Source of the DNA: Planctomicrobium piriforme
GTDB lineage: Bacteria > Planctomycetota > Planctomycetia > Pirellulales > UBA1268
DNA: 64,000 nt
Reading direction: 5' to 3'
Assembly (NCBI GenBank): GCA_945871035.1
Contig: CAMBUD010000004.1
Span: 9,001 to 73,000 of the forward strand
Shown: positions 38,082 to 48,100 of the stretch, piece after piece
How positions within the stretch are numbered: the stretch's first letter is position 1
How the letters are laid out: each line of letters starts with the position of its first letter
Notes under the pieces: model-generated
What the model was told of the DNA's origin: nothing
Databases searched by the model: none
The model's input: the letters and a program-made list of their open reading frames with translations, nothing else
Made by a program: the position numbers and the translations under genes

Positions 38082-38966
38082 TTACTTGGCAAACGGCCGA
38101 CTGCTGACCTTATCGGCCGTGGGAAAATCAGTCGGCAGCGGGCTTGTCACCGATCCTGTTGCGGCCCACTCGGTGCCCCGCTGCAGTGATGCAATGAAGC
38201 CGACGCACTCCTGCGAGTCGTTGCCGTGGCCCATTGGCGTGTGAAAAATCCGTCCTTTGCCGTAGCTGAGCGTCATGATCATCGGTTCGTGTCGTTTGGT
38301 GATCGCAGAAAATGCCGTTGCCAGCACCTGCATATTCTCCGCCGGGCCACGCAGCTTGTCATAGAGCTCATCGTTGGCATGCATCCACGTGGCCGGCATC
38401 CCCTTTGTGATTGGATGCTCTGCATCGCGCACAATCAGCGGGAAGGCCCACTGTGGGCCGTGGTTGCCACCAGCCCCTGCAGCAGTGTCACGCACCAATT
38501 TTCCGGCGTCGTTGTAATAGACATACGGTCCGCTCTTCTCGTTGCGTCCACCCCAGCCACCCAAGCCGATCATCTCATTGAAGGCAACCCAATCTGGAAA
38601 TGAGTTGTCGGCGGCATGCACCACAACCAGCCCGCCACCGCTGCGCATAAAGTCTTCGAGTGCAGAACGAGTTTCGGCAGGCCAAGCGGCAGCGCCGTGG
38701 CCAAAGTTACTGACGACAACCGCATAGTTGGCAAATGCTGGCTTGAAGTTGGGATCTTCTCCGTGAGGTGCATGCGTGACAACATCGACGGTGAAGAGAC
38801 CAGAATCCTGCAGATATCTTTTCATCATCTGCGTTGTCTGCGGCCAGTTACCGTGATTGTTTTGGCCATCGACGATGAGGGCTTTGAGCGGCTCGGCGGC
38901 AGCAGCCAGCTTGGCAAGAGTGAGGCCAACAGCCAGAACAAGTGCTAGACGCAGGATCAGACGCAT
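38082..38966 (-). CDS. ThuA-domain protein (secreted)
   Basis: Signal peptide 'MRLILRLALVLAVGLTLAKLAAAA'. 'ALIVDGQNNHGNW', 'VVSNFGHGAAAWP', 'GGGLVVVHAADNSF', 'RIFHTPMGHGND'. Confidence 0.75.
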   Translation of the reverse strand: MRLILRLALVLAVGLTLAKLAAAAEPLKALIVDGQNNHGNWPQTTQMMKRYLQDSGLFTVDVVTHAPHGEDPNFKPAFANYAVVVSNFGHGAAAWPAETRSALEDFMRSGGGLVVVHAADNSFPDWVAFNEMIGLGGWGGRNEKSGPYVYYNDAGKLVRDTAAGAGGNHGPQWAFPLIVRDAEHPITKGMPATWMHANDELYDKLRGPAENMQVLATAFSAITKRHEPMIMTLSYGKGRIFHTPMGHGNDSQECVGFIASLQRGTEWAATGSVTSPLPTDFPTADKVSSRPFAK

Positions 38967-39067
38967 TGATTTCTCCGGTCGATGAAACGGCTTATAGAAA
39001 AGGGGACGCTCCGAATCAGATCCAATCCACTCAAGAAGACAAGAGAAGACAAGAGGGCGAGCGAAGA

Positions 39068-40876
39068 TTACGTGGAACGGTTGTTGTGCGAAACTTCATT
39101 GGTCAAGCCACGACCAAAGTCGGAAGTTTCGGTGGCGGGCACGTCCCGGGTGTCATTTGCTGGCGGGGCTGGCTCCACTGCTGGCCCCAGTGGCGCAACC
39201 GTTGGCTCTTGATCGGGTGCCGCTGGCGGCTGCAACGCCCGACTGGGAGTAGACGTCGGAGCAGAGGTCGGAGCAGACGTCGGAGCAGACGATTGGGCGG
39301 CTGGTGCCGGAATCGTTTCGATAGCACGCAGCTCGCTCGCACGGTCTTTTGTCGAATTTGCACCGGCCTCGAACGGCTTTTCTGCGCGCACAGCACTCCT
39401 GCCATCTGTGCCCGACGACTGCTTTGGATCGACATGATCCAAACTGGATTCCTGCCAGCTTTTCTCAACCCGCGTGTCGGTTGCTGCCGGTTTTTCGCTA
39501 AACGTTTTCGTGGAAGTAGTTTCCGCTGCCCCAAGAGCCGGGGCAGCAGGAGAAGCTGCCTGCATGGGCTGCACTGCGCCTGTGCTGACACCGGAGATGG
39601 ATTGTGAAACGACTGGGTTCCCACAGGAATCCAGCGGCACGCGCATCACGACGGTGCGTGGCGAACGCACGGTGTATGTATAGGGAACCTTTTTCTCAAC
39701 AATGCGTGGCACCTGCGCTGTGCGTTGCTCGGTCACATACTTGCATACCTGCACAGAAACCGGTTCCACGCGATCCTCGCTCACCATTTTGCAGACCTGC
39801 ACGGGAATCTGCCGCACCTGTTCTTCGGCCACCATTCGCATCGTTTGCACCGGCACTTTGTTTTCAATGCGCTCGACAACTTTGCGAACGGTTTGCACCG
39901 GCACCTGCCGCACCTGTTCTTCAGCCACCATTCGCATCGTCTGCACCGGCACCTGCTGCACGACCTGCTCGTCTACATACCGCACTGTCTGCACAGGAAC
40001 CTTTCGCGTGACCACTCGATTCACAACGGTTGTTTCCGGAATCTGCATGGCGACAACATTGGGCTGGTAGACACGAGCGACCTGCTGCGTGACAACGCCC
40101 GGCGTGACGGTCCACACATAGCCACCGCGCTGCCACACCATCAGGCCGGTAGCGGGATTGACAGCCCAGCCGCCGGGCACGAATCCAAGTTGGGTGGCGC
40201 CTGGCGAAACCAGCGGAGTGATCTGATCGACATAGCCTCCTTGGTCGGCGTAGGTTGTGCGCAGAGTGGTGATAGGTTCCGCCACTGTGTAGGCTTCATC
40301 CCGTTCGGAAGTTTCATAAACGGGACGACGCACAACGCTCGTCTGCTGCTGGACGGCCGTCTCGTAGACAGGCTTCATGACGGTAAAGCGTTCTTCACGA
40401 GTGTTTGTCTCAACGACATCACGAGTGACGTTGTAGCTCATGTCGCGCACCTGCGTCTCGTAGACAGGCTTCATGACAGTGGTGCGTTCTTCGCGGGTGC
40501 TTGTCTCCCAAACGGGACGTTGTACGGTGTAGCGACGCTCAGAGGTTTGTGTTTCCCAAACGGGCTTTGTGACGGCATACACCCGCGAGTCGTAAACCGT
40601 TTCGTAGGTGACGCGGTAGGCAGTGACCTGCTGTTCGTCGTAAACGGTTTGAAAATCAAGGCGGTAGGTCTGCGTGGCAGCCGGGGCCGCGACCGCGACT
40701 GACTCCCCGCAACACGACTCCCCGTATTGAGCCAGCGCAACGCTGACCCCGGCGGGCGATAGAGCACCAAGCGCAAGCAGTGCCCACGCGGAAAGACAGT
40801 GGCCAGCAGTAGCGAAACCTGAATGCCTGCAGCGGAAGAAGTTTCCACTCGACGGGCATGCGTTGAAAAGGGTCAT
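39068..40876 (-). CDS. YTV-repeat protein (Rhodopirellula-type repeats), secreted
   Basis: Repeats such as 'RRYTVQRPVWETSTREERTTVMKPVYETQ', 'REERFTVMKPVYETAV', 'EAYTVAEP', 'VPYTYTV', plus a second repeat type 'VPVQTMRMVAEEQVRQVPVQTVRKV'. Low-complexity 'SAPTSAPTSAPTSTPS'. Confidence 0.75.
   Translation of the reverse strand: MTLFNACPSSGNFFRCRHSGFATAGHCLSAWALLALGALSPAGVSVALAQYGESCCGESVAVAAPAATQTYRLDFQTVYDEQQVTAYRVTYETVYDSRVYAVTKPVWETQTSERRYTVQRPVWETSTREERTTVMKPVYETQVRDMSYNVTRDVVETNTREERFTVMKPVYETAVQQQTSVVRRPVYETSERDEAYTVAEPITTLRTTYADQGGYVDQITPLVSPGATQLGFVPGGWAVNPATGLMVWQRGGYVWTVTPGVVTQQVARVYQPNVVAMQIPETTVVNRVVTRKVPVQTVRYVDEQVVQQVPVQTMRMVAEEQVRQVPVQTVRKVVERIENKVPVQTMRMVAEEQVRQIPVQVCKMVSEDRVEPVSVQVCKYVTEQRTAQVPRIVEKKVPYTYTVRSPRTVVMRVPLDSCGNPVVSQSISGVSTGAVQPMQAASPAAPALGAAETTSTKTFSEKPAATDTRVEKSWQESSLDHVDPKQSSGTDGRSAVRAEKPFEAGANSTKDRASELRAIETIPAPAAQSSAPTSAPTSAPTSTPSRALQPPAAPDQEPTVAPLGPAVEPAPPANDTRDVPATETSDFGRGLTNEVSHNNRST
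39809..39951. repeat. Intragenic direct repeat: two 47-nt copies, 2 mismatches, 96-nt period
   Basis: 39809-39855 versus 39905-39951, read directly. Both encode 'MRMVAEEQVRQ(V/I)PVQ'. There is also a 12-nt x3 repeat (GTCGGAGCAGAS) at 39255-39290. Confidence 0.9.
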
Positions 40877-41193
40877 TGGGTTTTTCTCCTCGGAAAGGAC
40901 CTTCTGAGACTAACCACCCTGACGCTGGGTTCAAGCGTTTCGTTCAATAAAAATCTCTTTTTTTGCCAAAACAATGCGGTAGACCCCGCACGAACGGTGT
41001 AAGTGTTCCATTTTACGGCCTCGAACAAGGGGCCCAGACAGTTTGGAAAAAAGAGGCAATCGAGAGCCGAGCAGGCAAGACCAGCAGCGATCCTACTGCT
41101 GCCAGACGTATTCCGACCGCGCAGAACCCGTTGCGCACCGCGAGTGTGTCGGAAGCCGCCAGAGGGACTCGTCGAGGCTGCAACGGGTCGAAG

Positions 41194-41235
41194 CTCGAGG
41201 CTCTTTGCTCGAGGCTCTTTGCTAGAGGCTCTTTT
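41194..41235. repeat. 14-nt tandem repeat x3 (CTCGAGGCTCTTTG, CTCGAGGCTCTTTG, CTAGAGGCTCTTTT) spanning the DUF1854 stop codon
   Basis: Read directly. The third copy encodes the last residues '...EKSL' plus the stop codon on the minus strand. Confidence 0.9.
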
Positions 41236-41755
41236 CAAACAGTCGGCGACTAAGGGCATCTAAGAGTGGAACACTTTTGATGAGATAGCGCACGCCAAAC
41301 ATGTCACTGATCACCGCACTTGCATCGGGCAGACGGATGATGTCGTCACAGTGGGCTACGATAAAACGCCGCTGCCCCCGATCGGTTTCGACCAACCACT
41401 CCGTCGGTTCGCGATCCGAAACAGATTCAATTCGCCTGATCACCGGTAGAAACTCACGCAGTGCAAGTTCCTCAATGAGCAGCGACTGTAGCGACGGTTG
41501 CAGTGCGGCGAGGGAATCGATCCACGCCAACTCCATGCCGTCAGCGGCAACGATTGCGACTGGCCCTTGAGGCGCAGAAATTGGAAAGGCACGTACGGCA
41601 TCGACATTGGTATGGCGCTGTCCTTGGCTGTCAATGCAATCGAGGCGACCATGTTCCTGCCGCTCCAGTTGCCAGTCAGCAATGGCCGCGCTGGTCGGTG
41701 GTGAGCCAGCGACCAGCGCGGGGAGAATCTTTTGTGGCGTGCGTGCGTCCTGCAT
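41222..41755 (-). CDS. DUF1854-family protein (cyanophycin-metabolism-associated type)
   Basis: 177 aa. 'RLDCIDSQGQRHTNVDAVRAFPIS', 'LAWIDSLAALQPSLQSLLIEELALREFLPVIRRIESV', 'EWLVETDRGQRRFIV', 'DMFGVRYLIKSV'. It lies 32 nt downstream of the ABC gene, the usual DUF1854 context as I recall it. Confidence 0.7.
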   Translation of the reverse strand: MQDARTPQKILPALVAGSPPTSAAIADWQLERQEHGRLDCIDSQGQRHTNVDAVRAFPISAPQGPVAIVAADGMELAWIDSLAALQPSLQSLLIEELALREFLPVIRRIESVSDREPTEWLVETDRGQRRFIVAHCDDIIRLPDASAVISDMFGVRYLIKSVPLLDALSRRLFEKSL

Positions 41756-41787
41756 GAGGTTTCGTCTTGAAGTGTTTGGGAGTGTGT

Positions 41788-44136
41788 TTAGGTTCCGGCG
41801 GCGGCGGCCTCGGCGGCCCGCGTTTGGGCGTGGTAGAGCCGTGCATAGGCGCCTTCGGCGGCAAGCAGTGCTTCGTGCGTGCCGCTTTCGACAATCACGC
41901 CCGCATCGAGCACGACGAGCCGATCGGCCCGTCTGAGCGTGGAAAGCCGATGGGCAATGGCGATTGTGGTTCGGCCTGTAACGAGCCTGTCGACAGCCGT
42001 TTGGATGAGCACCTCGGTTTCGGCATCAACGCTTGAGGTGGCTTCGTCCAGTACGAGAATCGCCGGATCGACCAGCAGCGCTCGCGCAATGGAGAGCCGC
42101 TGGCGTTCGCCGCCGGAAAGCGAGCCACCCCGTTCGCCCACACGCGAGTCGTACGCCGCTGGCAGCGCGAGGATGAATTCGTGGGCCCCGGCGGCCCGGG
42201 CAGCCGCCACGATCCGCTCACCCGACGCCTCTGGCCGACCGTAGGCGATATTTTCCGCAACGGTGCCAAAAAAGAGGAAAGGCTCCTGCAACACGCAGCC
42301 AAGATTGCGACGGTAATCGGAAATCGATAGTTCGCGTAGGTCCACACCGTCGACTTTGATCGTACCACTCGACGGATCATAAAATCGGCAAACAAGATTT
42401 GCGAGCGTCGTCTTCCCCGAGCCGCTTGTGCCGACCAATCCAACCATCTCTCCCGGTTCGATCACCAGATCGATGCCGTGCAGCACTTCGCGCGATCCAT
42501 AGCGAAAGTGCACGCCAGAGATTTCGATGCGACCGCGAACCCGTCCGGGCTTGATCGGCTGGAGGGCCTCGGCAACGGTTGGCTGACAGTCGAGCAGCTC
42601 AAAGATTCGCTGGGCGCTGGCCGCTGCACGCTGCGTGGCTGGCACCATGCGAATCATCGACTCGACGCGACCATAAAAACGCGCAATGTAGGCGAGGAAC
42701 GCGGTGAGTGCACCCACTGTTACCGCGCCATTGAAAACCAGCCAAGCGCCGGCACCCCACACCACCAACAGGCCTGCTTCACTAAAGAAGCTGATCAGCG
42801 GACCAAAAAATGACCAGACGATGTTGACGCGGTCGCTCGTCTCAAGCACGCGATCATTGGCCGCGCGGAAGCGATCGATCTCCCGCGATTCCTGCGCAAA
42901 TGCCTTGACAACGCGGATGCCGGGAATGGTATCGGCCAGCGTGCTAGTCATATCCGACCAGGCTACGTTGGAACGAATAAAACCACGACGCAGTCGGGAT
43001 CGCACGCTGTAGATGAGCCAGACAACTAATGGGAATGGGCCGAGGGTGACCACAGCCAAGAGCGGATTGATCCAGAGCAGCACAGTGGCCGTGAGCAGCA
43101 CCAGCATCACGTTGGATGAAAAATCGATCAGATTTGACGAGAGAAACGTGTTGATGCGTTCGGTGTCGCTGCCGACACGCGACATCAGATCACCGGTGCG
43201 CTTGCCGGAAAAGAAGTCGAGTGAAAGCGTTTGCATGTGGGAGTACGTGCGCACACGCAGATCGGCCGCCACTCGCTCGCTCACCCACGCCAGCGTCCAC
43301 GCCTGCGCCCAGGAAAGCAGCCAGGCGGCAACGGCTGCAGCTGTCAGTCCAGCGAGATACCACCACACAAGCGCAAACGGCACGGACTCCCCGAGTTGTC
43401 GAGGGATCAGCACCTTGTCCACCAGCGGCATCGTGAGGTAGGGGGGGATCAGCGAGACGGCGGTGCAAATGAGTGAGAGCATTCCGCCGAACAGCGCCAC
43501 GGCGGCGTGCGGCCTTGCAAAGGAAATAACGCGCACCAAGCTCCGCCAAGACGCAGTGGTTGTCCCGGCAGGCAGCCCCGACTCTTCATCGCTCAGCGTG
43601 AGCGTTGGATCAGTTGGCGTAGCATCTTCACGCAGATGCGTGCTCGTGCGGGTGGCTGCCTCATTTGCGCCCAGGGCATCGGCCCGGCTGTCGGCGAGGC
43701 GCTGGCCGTGCACCTGATTGTCAAAGGCGTCTTCGAGTGCCAGCACACCTTTCGCACGGGCCGGTGTAAACATCCAGCGTGCGATCACCCGATCGTGATG
43801 CGTCAACTCGAGTCGACCAACCGCTGCACGCATCGATACATGGATGTGCGTTTGAGAATCGAGTAACCACGACCACTGGGCAAGGCTTGTGGCTGGCTGT
43901 CGGGAGTCTGCTTTTTCATCGGCAGAGGCCGGTGTGTCGGCTAGGAGTCGGCGATCGGTGAGCACCATCCAGCCGTCGCTAAAGTGCAGGCTGGCATTCA
44001 GATCGAATCGACAGCTAGCCACGACAGATTCGCCCGGCTCCAACACAAAACGATCAACGCCAGGCGGTCCGCCCGCTGTGGAAATGCCAGCACTTGCCAG
44101 TGGAAAGGGGGATGGGCTGGGTATGGGAATGAGCAT
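41788..44136 (-). CDS. Fused ABC transporter permease/ATPase (exporter type) with ~195-aa N-terminal cytoplasmic extension
   Basis: Six-TM exporter region, Walker A 'GTSGSGKTT', signature 'LSGGERQRLSIARAL', Walker B 'ILVLDEATS'. The N-terminal 'FVLEPGESVVASCRFDLNASLHFSDGWMVLTDRRLLAD...GRLELTHHDRVIARWMF' looks like a bacterial PH (bPH) domain. Confidence 0.85.
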   Translation of the reverse strand: MLIPIPSPSPFPLASAGISTAGGPPGVDRFVLEPGESVVASCRFDLNASLHFSDGWMVLTDRRLLADTPASADEKADSRQPATSLAQWSWLLDSQTHIHVSMRAAVGRLELTHHDRVIARWMFTPARAKGVLALEDAFDNQVHGQRLADSRADALGANEAATRTSTHLREDATPTDPTLTLSDEESGLPAGTTTASWRSLVRVISFARPHAAVALFGGMLSLICTAVSLIPPYLTMPLVDKVLIPRQLGESVPFALVWWYLAGLTAAAVAAWLLSWAQAWTLAWVSERVAADLRVRTYSHMQTLSLDFFSGKRTGDLMSRVGSDTERINTFLSSNLIDFSSNVMLVLLTATVLLWINPLLAVVTLGPFPLVVWLIYSVRSRLRRGFIRSNVAWSDMTSTLADTIPGIRVVKAFAQESREIDRFRAANDRVLETSDRVNIVWSFFGPLISFFSEAGLLVVWGAGAWLVFNGAVTVGALTAFLAYIARFYGRVESMIRMVPATQRAAASAQRIFELLDCQPTVAEALQPIKPGRVRGRIEISGVHFRYGSREVLHGIDLVIEPGEMVGLVGTSGSGKTTLANLVCRFYDPSSGTIKVDGVDLRELSISDYRRNLGCVLQEPFLFFGTVAENIAYGRPEASGERIVAAARAAGAHEFILALPAAYDSRVGERGGSLSGGERQRLSIARALLVDPAILVLDEATSSVDAETEVLIQTAVDRLVTGRTTIAIAHRLSTLRRADRLVVLDAGVIVESGTHEALLAAEGAYARLYHAQTRAAEAAAAGT

Positions 44137-44520
44137 TGTAACAGGAGCAGCAAAGGAGCTTGAGATGCTTGAAATGACAAAAACAGACGTTTTTTACCGG
44201 CAGAGACCGTATAAATGGCCTTCCAAAGTCCGACCAACAGAATAGCATCTATCTTTCCGAATATCCCTAAATTAACCTTTTGTCTCAGGGCCTCTTTGCC
44301 GGTAATCGCCGGTAAGGAATGCCAGTAGCCCGTAATCGCTTTTCAAAAACGTCCAGCCCGAGCAGTAAAAAATACCCACCGACCCTCCAGTTTGCCTACC
44401 CAGTCGCGCATACGAATCATTAGCCATTCTATGAATTGCCCCTTGTGCGCTCCGCGTTACGTGCGTCTGCCAATGCCTTTGGACGCCTTAGAAAAAAATC
44501 GGATAGGGACGATCTTGTGT

Positions 44521-44537
44521 TGGCACGAAACGTGCAA
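44521..44537 (+). promoter_or_regulatory. Sigma-54 (-24/-12) promoter candidate facing cphA
   Basis: TGGCACGAAACGTGCAA versus consensus TGGCACG-N4-TTGCW. The GG and GC dinucleotides are at the canonical spacing, with a single mismatch (G for the first T of TTGC). It lies in a ~1 kb non-coding region. Confidence 0.5.
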
Positions 44538-45175
44538 GACTTTTATTTTGTCTGCCAGCGATTCGCAATCCCAAAAAGAAAGCGTAAGATTTGAATCGTG
44601 TTCTGCGAAGCGTTCGGTGCACGGGATCGACTCTTCGCAAGAGCAAGAGAATGAGAATGAGCAAGCGATCGCCATGGCCCCGAGGGCAGGCAGTCGATTG
44701 TTGAGTCGGTGTTTGATTGGTGACGGTGATGCAGCAGCGATGATTGGTTGGATTCATGGTGCCGCGAGAAACGCGCACCGCAAGCGAACGTGCGTCCGCG
44801 TGGCGTGCGGCGGTGCAAAGCGATCTTTCGGTGAGGGAAATTATTCGTCCCATGGCCCACTTGGCCGGTTTCTTGTCAGTAGGGATTCGTTCCCCCGCGT
44901 TGTGCTTTTGCCTGCCTGCAAAGGTCTTCCTTGCCAGAGGCATTTCCCCCGCAGCTCCCGACTGCTGGCCGCCCTGACGCCCCTACAGCTCAGCGTTGGT
45001 CGGTTGTCGATTTCTATAAAAATGGCTTCTCGGGCGACGCGCCCGGTCGGCCAGCCTGCGATTGGTGCAATCTTCCGCAAACAGTCCACCGGAATGTCCG
45101 CTGGCTGGAAGAGATGCACCCCACCAAAACCCACGCCCGCGTCTGCGTTTGGGTAAGAGAGTACGTTTTCCTTCC

Positions 45176-48100
45176 ATGGAGATTCAAACGCTCAAGGTTC
45201 TTCGCGGTCCCAACCAGTGGGCTTCGTTTCCGGTTCTTGAGGCGTGGGTAGACCTCGGTCGCCTCGAGGATTACCCCTCAGACACGATTCCCGGTTTCAA
45301 TGATCGGCTCATAGAATGGCTGCCGAGCCTCATCGAGCACCGCTGTTCAATCGGTGAGCGTGGCGGTTTCTTGCAACGTCTCCGCACCGGCACGTGGATG
45401 GGACACATCCTCGAGCACGTCACCCTTGAGTTGCAATCCATCGCCGGTCAGCCAGTCAGCTTTGGCAAAGCCCGGGAAACAGCAACACGCGGCGTCTACA
45501 AGGTAGTGATTCAGTTTAAAGAAGAATCGTTTGCCATCGAATGCCTCCACACAGCGCAGCGCTTGCTGATGGCCGCCATAGCCGGTGAAACGTTCGACGT
45601 GGCTTGCGAGATCAAGCGATTAAAAAAGGTGCTGCTCGACGTGCAACTGGGCCCGAGTACGCGATCGATTGTTGAAGCTGCAGCGGCGCGGGGTATTCCA
45701 ACGCGACGGCTCAACGATGGGTCGTTGGTTCGGCTGGGGCATGGAGCCAAACAGCGACGCATCATCGCTGCCGAAACCGACCGCACCGGCGCGGTCGCTG
45801 AATCGATTGCGCAGGACAAAGAACTCACGCGCACGCTCCTCCTCGAGGCCGGTATTCCGGTGTCCGAGGGGCGGCCGGTTGTGGATGCAGCCGATGCATG
45901 GTTGGCGGCTGAGGAAATCGGTGTGCCAGTTGTGGTCAAGCCCCGCTACGGCAATCAAGGGCGGGGCGTATCGGTTAGCCTTTTCACCCGCGCTGAGGTG
46001 GAAAAGGCTTGGCACGTTGCCCGTGAACAGGATTCAGCGGTTGTTGTCGAACGGTTTGTAAGCGGGAGCGATTATCGGCTGCTGGTTGTGGGCGGTGCGG
46101 TTGTGGCTGTGGCTCGGCGGCATCCCCCCACGGTCATGGGCACCGGTCAATTAACAGTGCAGCAACTCGTCGACCGCATCAATGAGGATCCGCGCCGCTG
46201 TGGCGACCATGCCGGGGCGTTGAGCCCGGTTGTCATCGATGAAGTGGCCTTAGCCGTTCTGGCTGAACAGGGCTTGGCATTGGAGAGCATTCCCGCGGCA
46301 GAGCGTCTTGTTTTTCTGCGTCAAAACGCCAATTTGAGCACCGGAGGGAGTGCCGAGGATGTCACCGACACCGTGCACCCAGCCGTTGCATCGCTGGCGG
46401 TTGAGGCGGCACGCATTATCGGATTGGATGTGGCTGGCGTTGATGTTGTCGCACTCGATATCACCCAACCGCTCGAGTTGCAACGCGGCGTTGTGATTGA
46501 AGTCAATGCTGGGCCAGGTCTGCGCATGCACATCGAGCCGACAGTGGGGACTCCACGTGCCGTTGGTGCCGCAATCGTCGACACGCTTTTCGCGCCCGGA
46601 GAAGACGGCCGCATTCCGGTCGCCGCCGTGACGGGTACCAATGGCAAGACGACCGTGGTGCGGCTGTTGGCCCATTTGGCCGCAGCGGGTGGCGCAACCG
46701 TTGGCACCACCTGCACCGAAGGGATTTGGGTGGGCAACCGACAGATCGACAGCGGCGACTGCAGCGGCCCCGCAAGCGCACGTCGCGTGCTTGCCAATCC
46801 ATTGGTGACAACAGCGGTTCTGGAAACGGCACGCGGTGGCATTCTTCGTGAGGGTTGTGGATTTGATCACTGTGATGTGGCGGTGGTGACAAATATTTCC
46901 TCAGGCGATCACTTAGGCCTCAACGAAATTGATACCCCCGAGCAATTGGCATGGGTCAAGGGGGCGATCGTCACGGCTGTGCAGACGAAAGGATCAGCCG
47001 TGCTCAATGCAGCCGATCCGCTCGTTGTTGCCATGAAACAATGGTGCAAGGGACAAGTTGTGTACTTCGCCTTAGATCCCAACAACCCAGTCCTCGTTGC
47101 GCACCTTGCTCAGGGAGGGCTGACGGCCACGGTGCGGGATGGTTGGATCGTACTCTGCGACGGTCCACGCGAAACCCGACTGGCGAATCTCGATCGCGTG
47201 CCACTTGTGCACCGCGGCATGATCGGCTTCCAAGTGGAAAACGTACTGGCGAGTGCCGCTGCGGCATGGTGCCTCGGAGTGCCACTGGAACTGGTGCGAT
47301 TGGGTTTGGAAAGTTTTTCATCTGGCTTAGCCGGTTCACCAGGGCGTTTCAATCTGCTCGATCTGGAAGGAACGTCGATTGTGGTGGACTACGGTCACAA
47401 CATCCCGGCACTCGAGCAAATTTGCGGAGCGATCCAGAAGATGTCACACGGCCGTCGCACTGCCGTTTATTCGGCCGCTGGTGACCGTCGCGACGAGGAT
47501 CTGATTGCCCAAGGCCGCTTGCTCGGGGCGACTTTTGATCGGGTCGTGATTTATGAAGATGCCTATGTTCGCGGTCGGCAACCGGGAGAAATCACCCGGA
47601 TGATCTCCGAGGGCATTGCGCAGGCATCGCGGCCGGGGCATCCCACCACGATCGAAGCGGGCGGCAACTGGTCTGACTCGGCAGCGCACGTACTCGATGC
47701 CGTGCAGCCCGGCGAGCTTGTGCTGCTGCAAGCTGATTCTGTGGAGCAGTCCATCCCCTGGTTGGAAGCGCACTACGGTAAGCGACTGCGGGAAACAAAC
47801 CTCGAGGAGATGGCGGGGCTGTCGGCGTACAGCCAACAGGAACGCGTGCCCGGACAGAGCGAACCAGTTGAGATCAAGAACGGCCATCTTGGCCGTGCCG
47901 CCTGTGCCGCTCGAGACTTGGCTGCCGGTGAAACGATCCTGAAGGCCTGGGGGCCGCAGTTGCCCAAACGCACGCGACACTCGATGCAGGTGGATGTTGA
48001 CACCCACATCCTGCCCGATGGAGTGGTCGTGCTTCTCAACCACTCCTGCACGCCTAATTGTGGTCTCATTATTCGCTCGGGCACCAAGGAGATCGAGGCC

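Noticed and set aside
39725-40702. 325-aa plus-strand ORF rich in His/Leu/Arg with internal repeats.
   Set aside because: It is antisense to the YTV-repeat gene, and its periodicity simply mirrors that gene's repeats.
44221-44245. 'CCAAAGTCCGACCAACAGAA', superficially like the RNase P RNA 'GGAAAGUCCGGGC...ACAGAA' core.
   Set aside because: Only a short partial match is present, and the other conserved RNase P helices and motifs are absent in the flanks.
44881-44897. 'AGGGATTCGTTCCCCCG' T-arm-like element, raising the possibility of a tRNA or tmRNA 3-prime end.
   Set aside because: No acceptor stem, anticodon arm or CCA context can be folded around it, and the loop does not match the GTTCRANYC pattern.
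44392-45156. 254-aa ORF, plus several shorter ORFs on both strands, filling the cphA upstream spacer.
   Set aside because: The composition is Arg/Cys/Ser-rich and low in information, there is no motif, and the frame begins upstream of the candidate promoter. I treat the region as non-coding. A degraded pseudogene cannot be excluded without a homology search.
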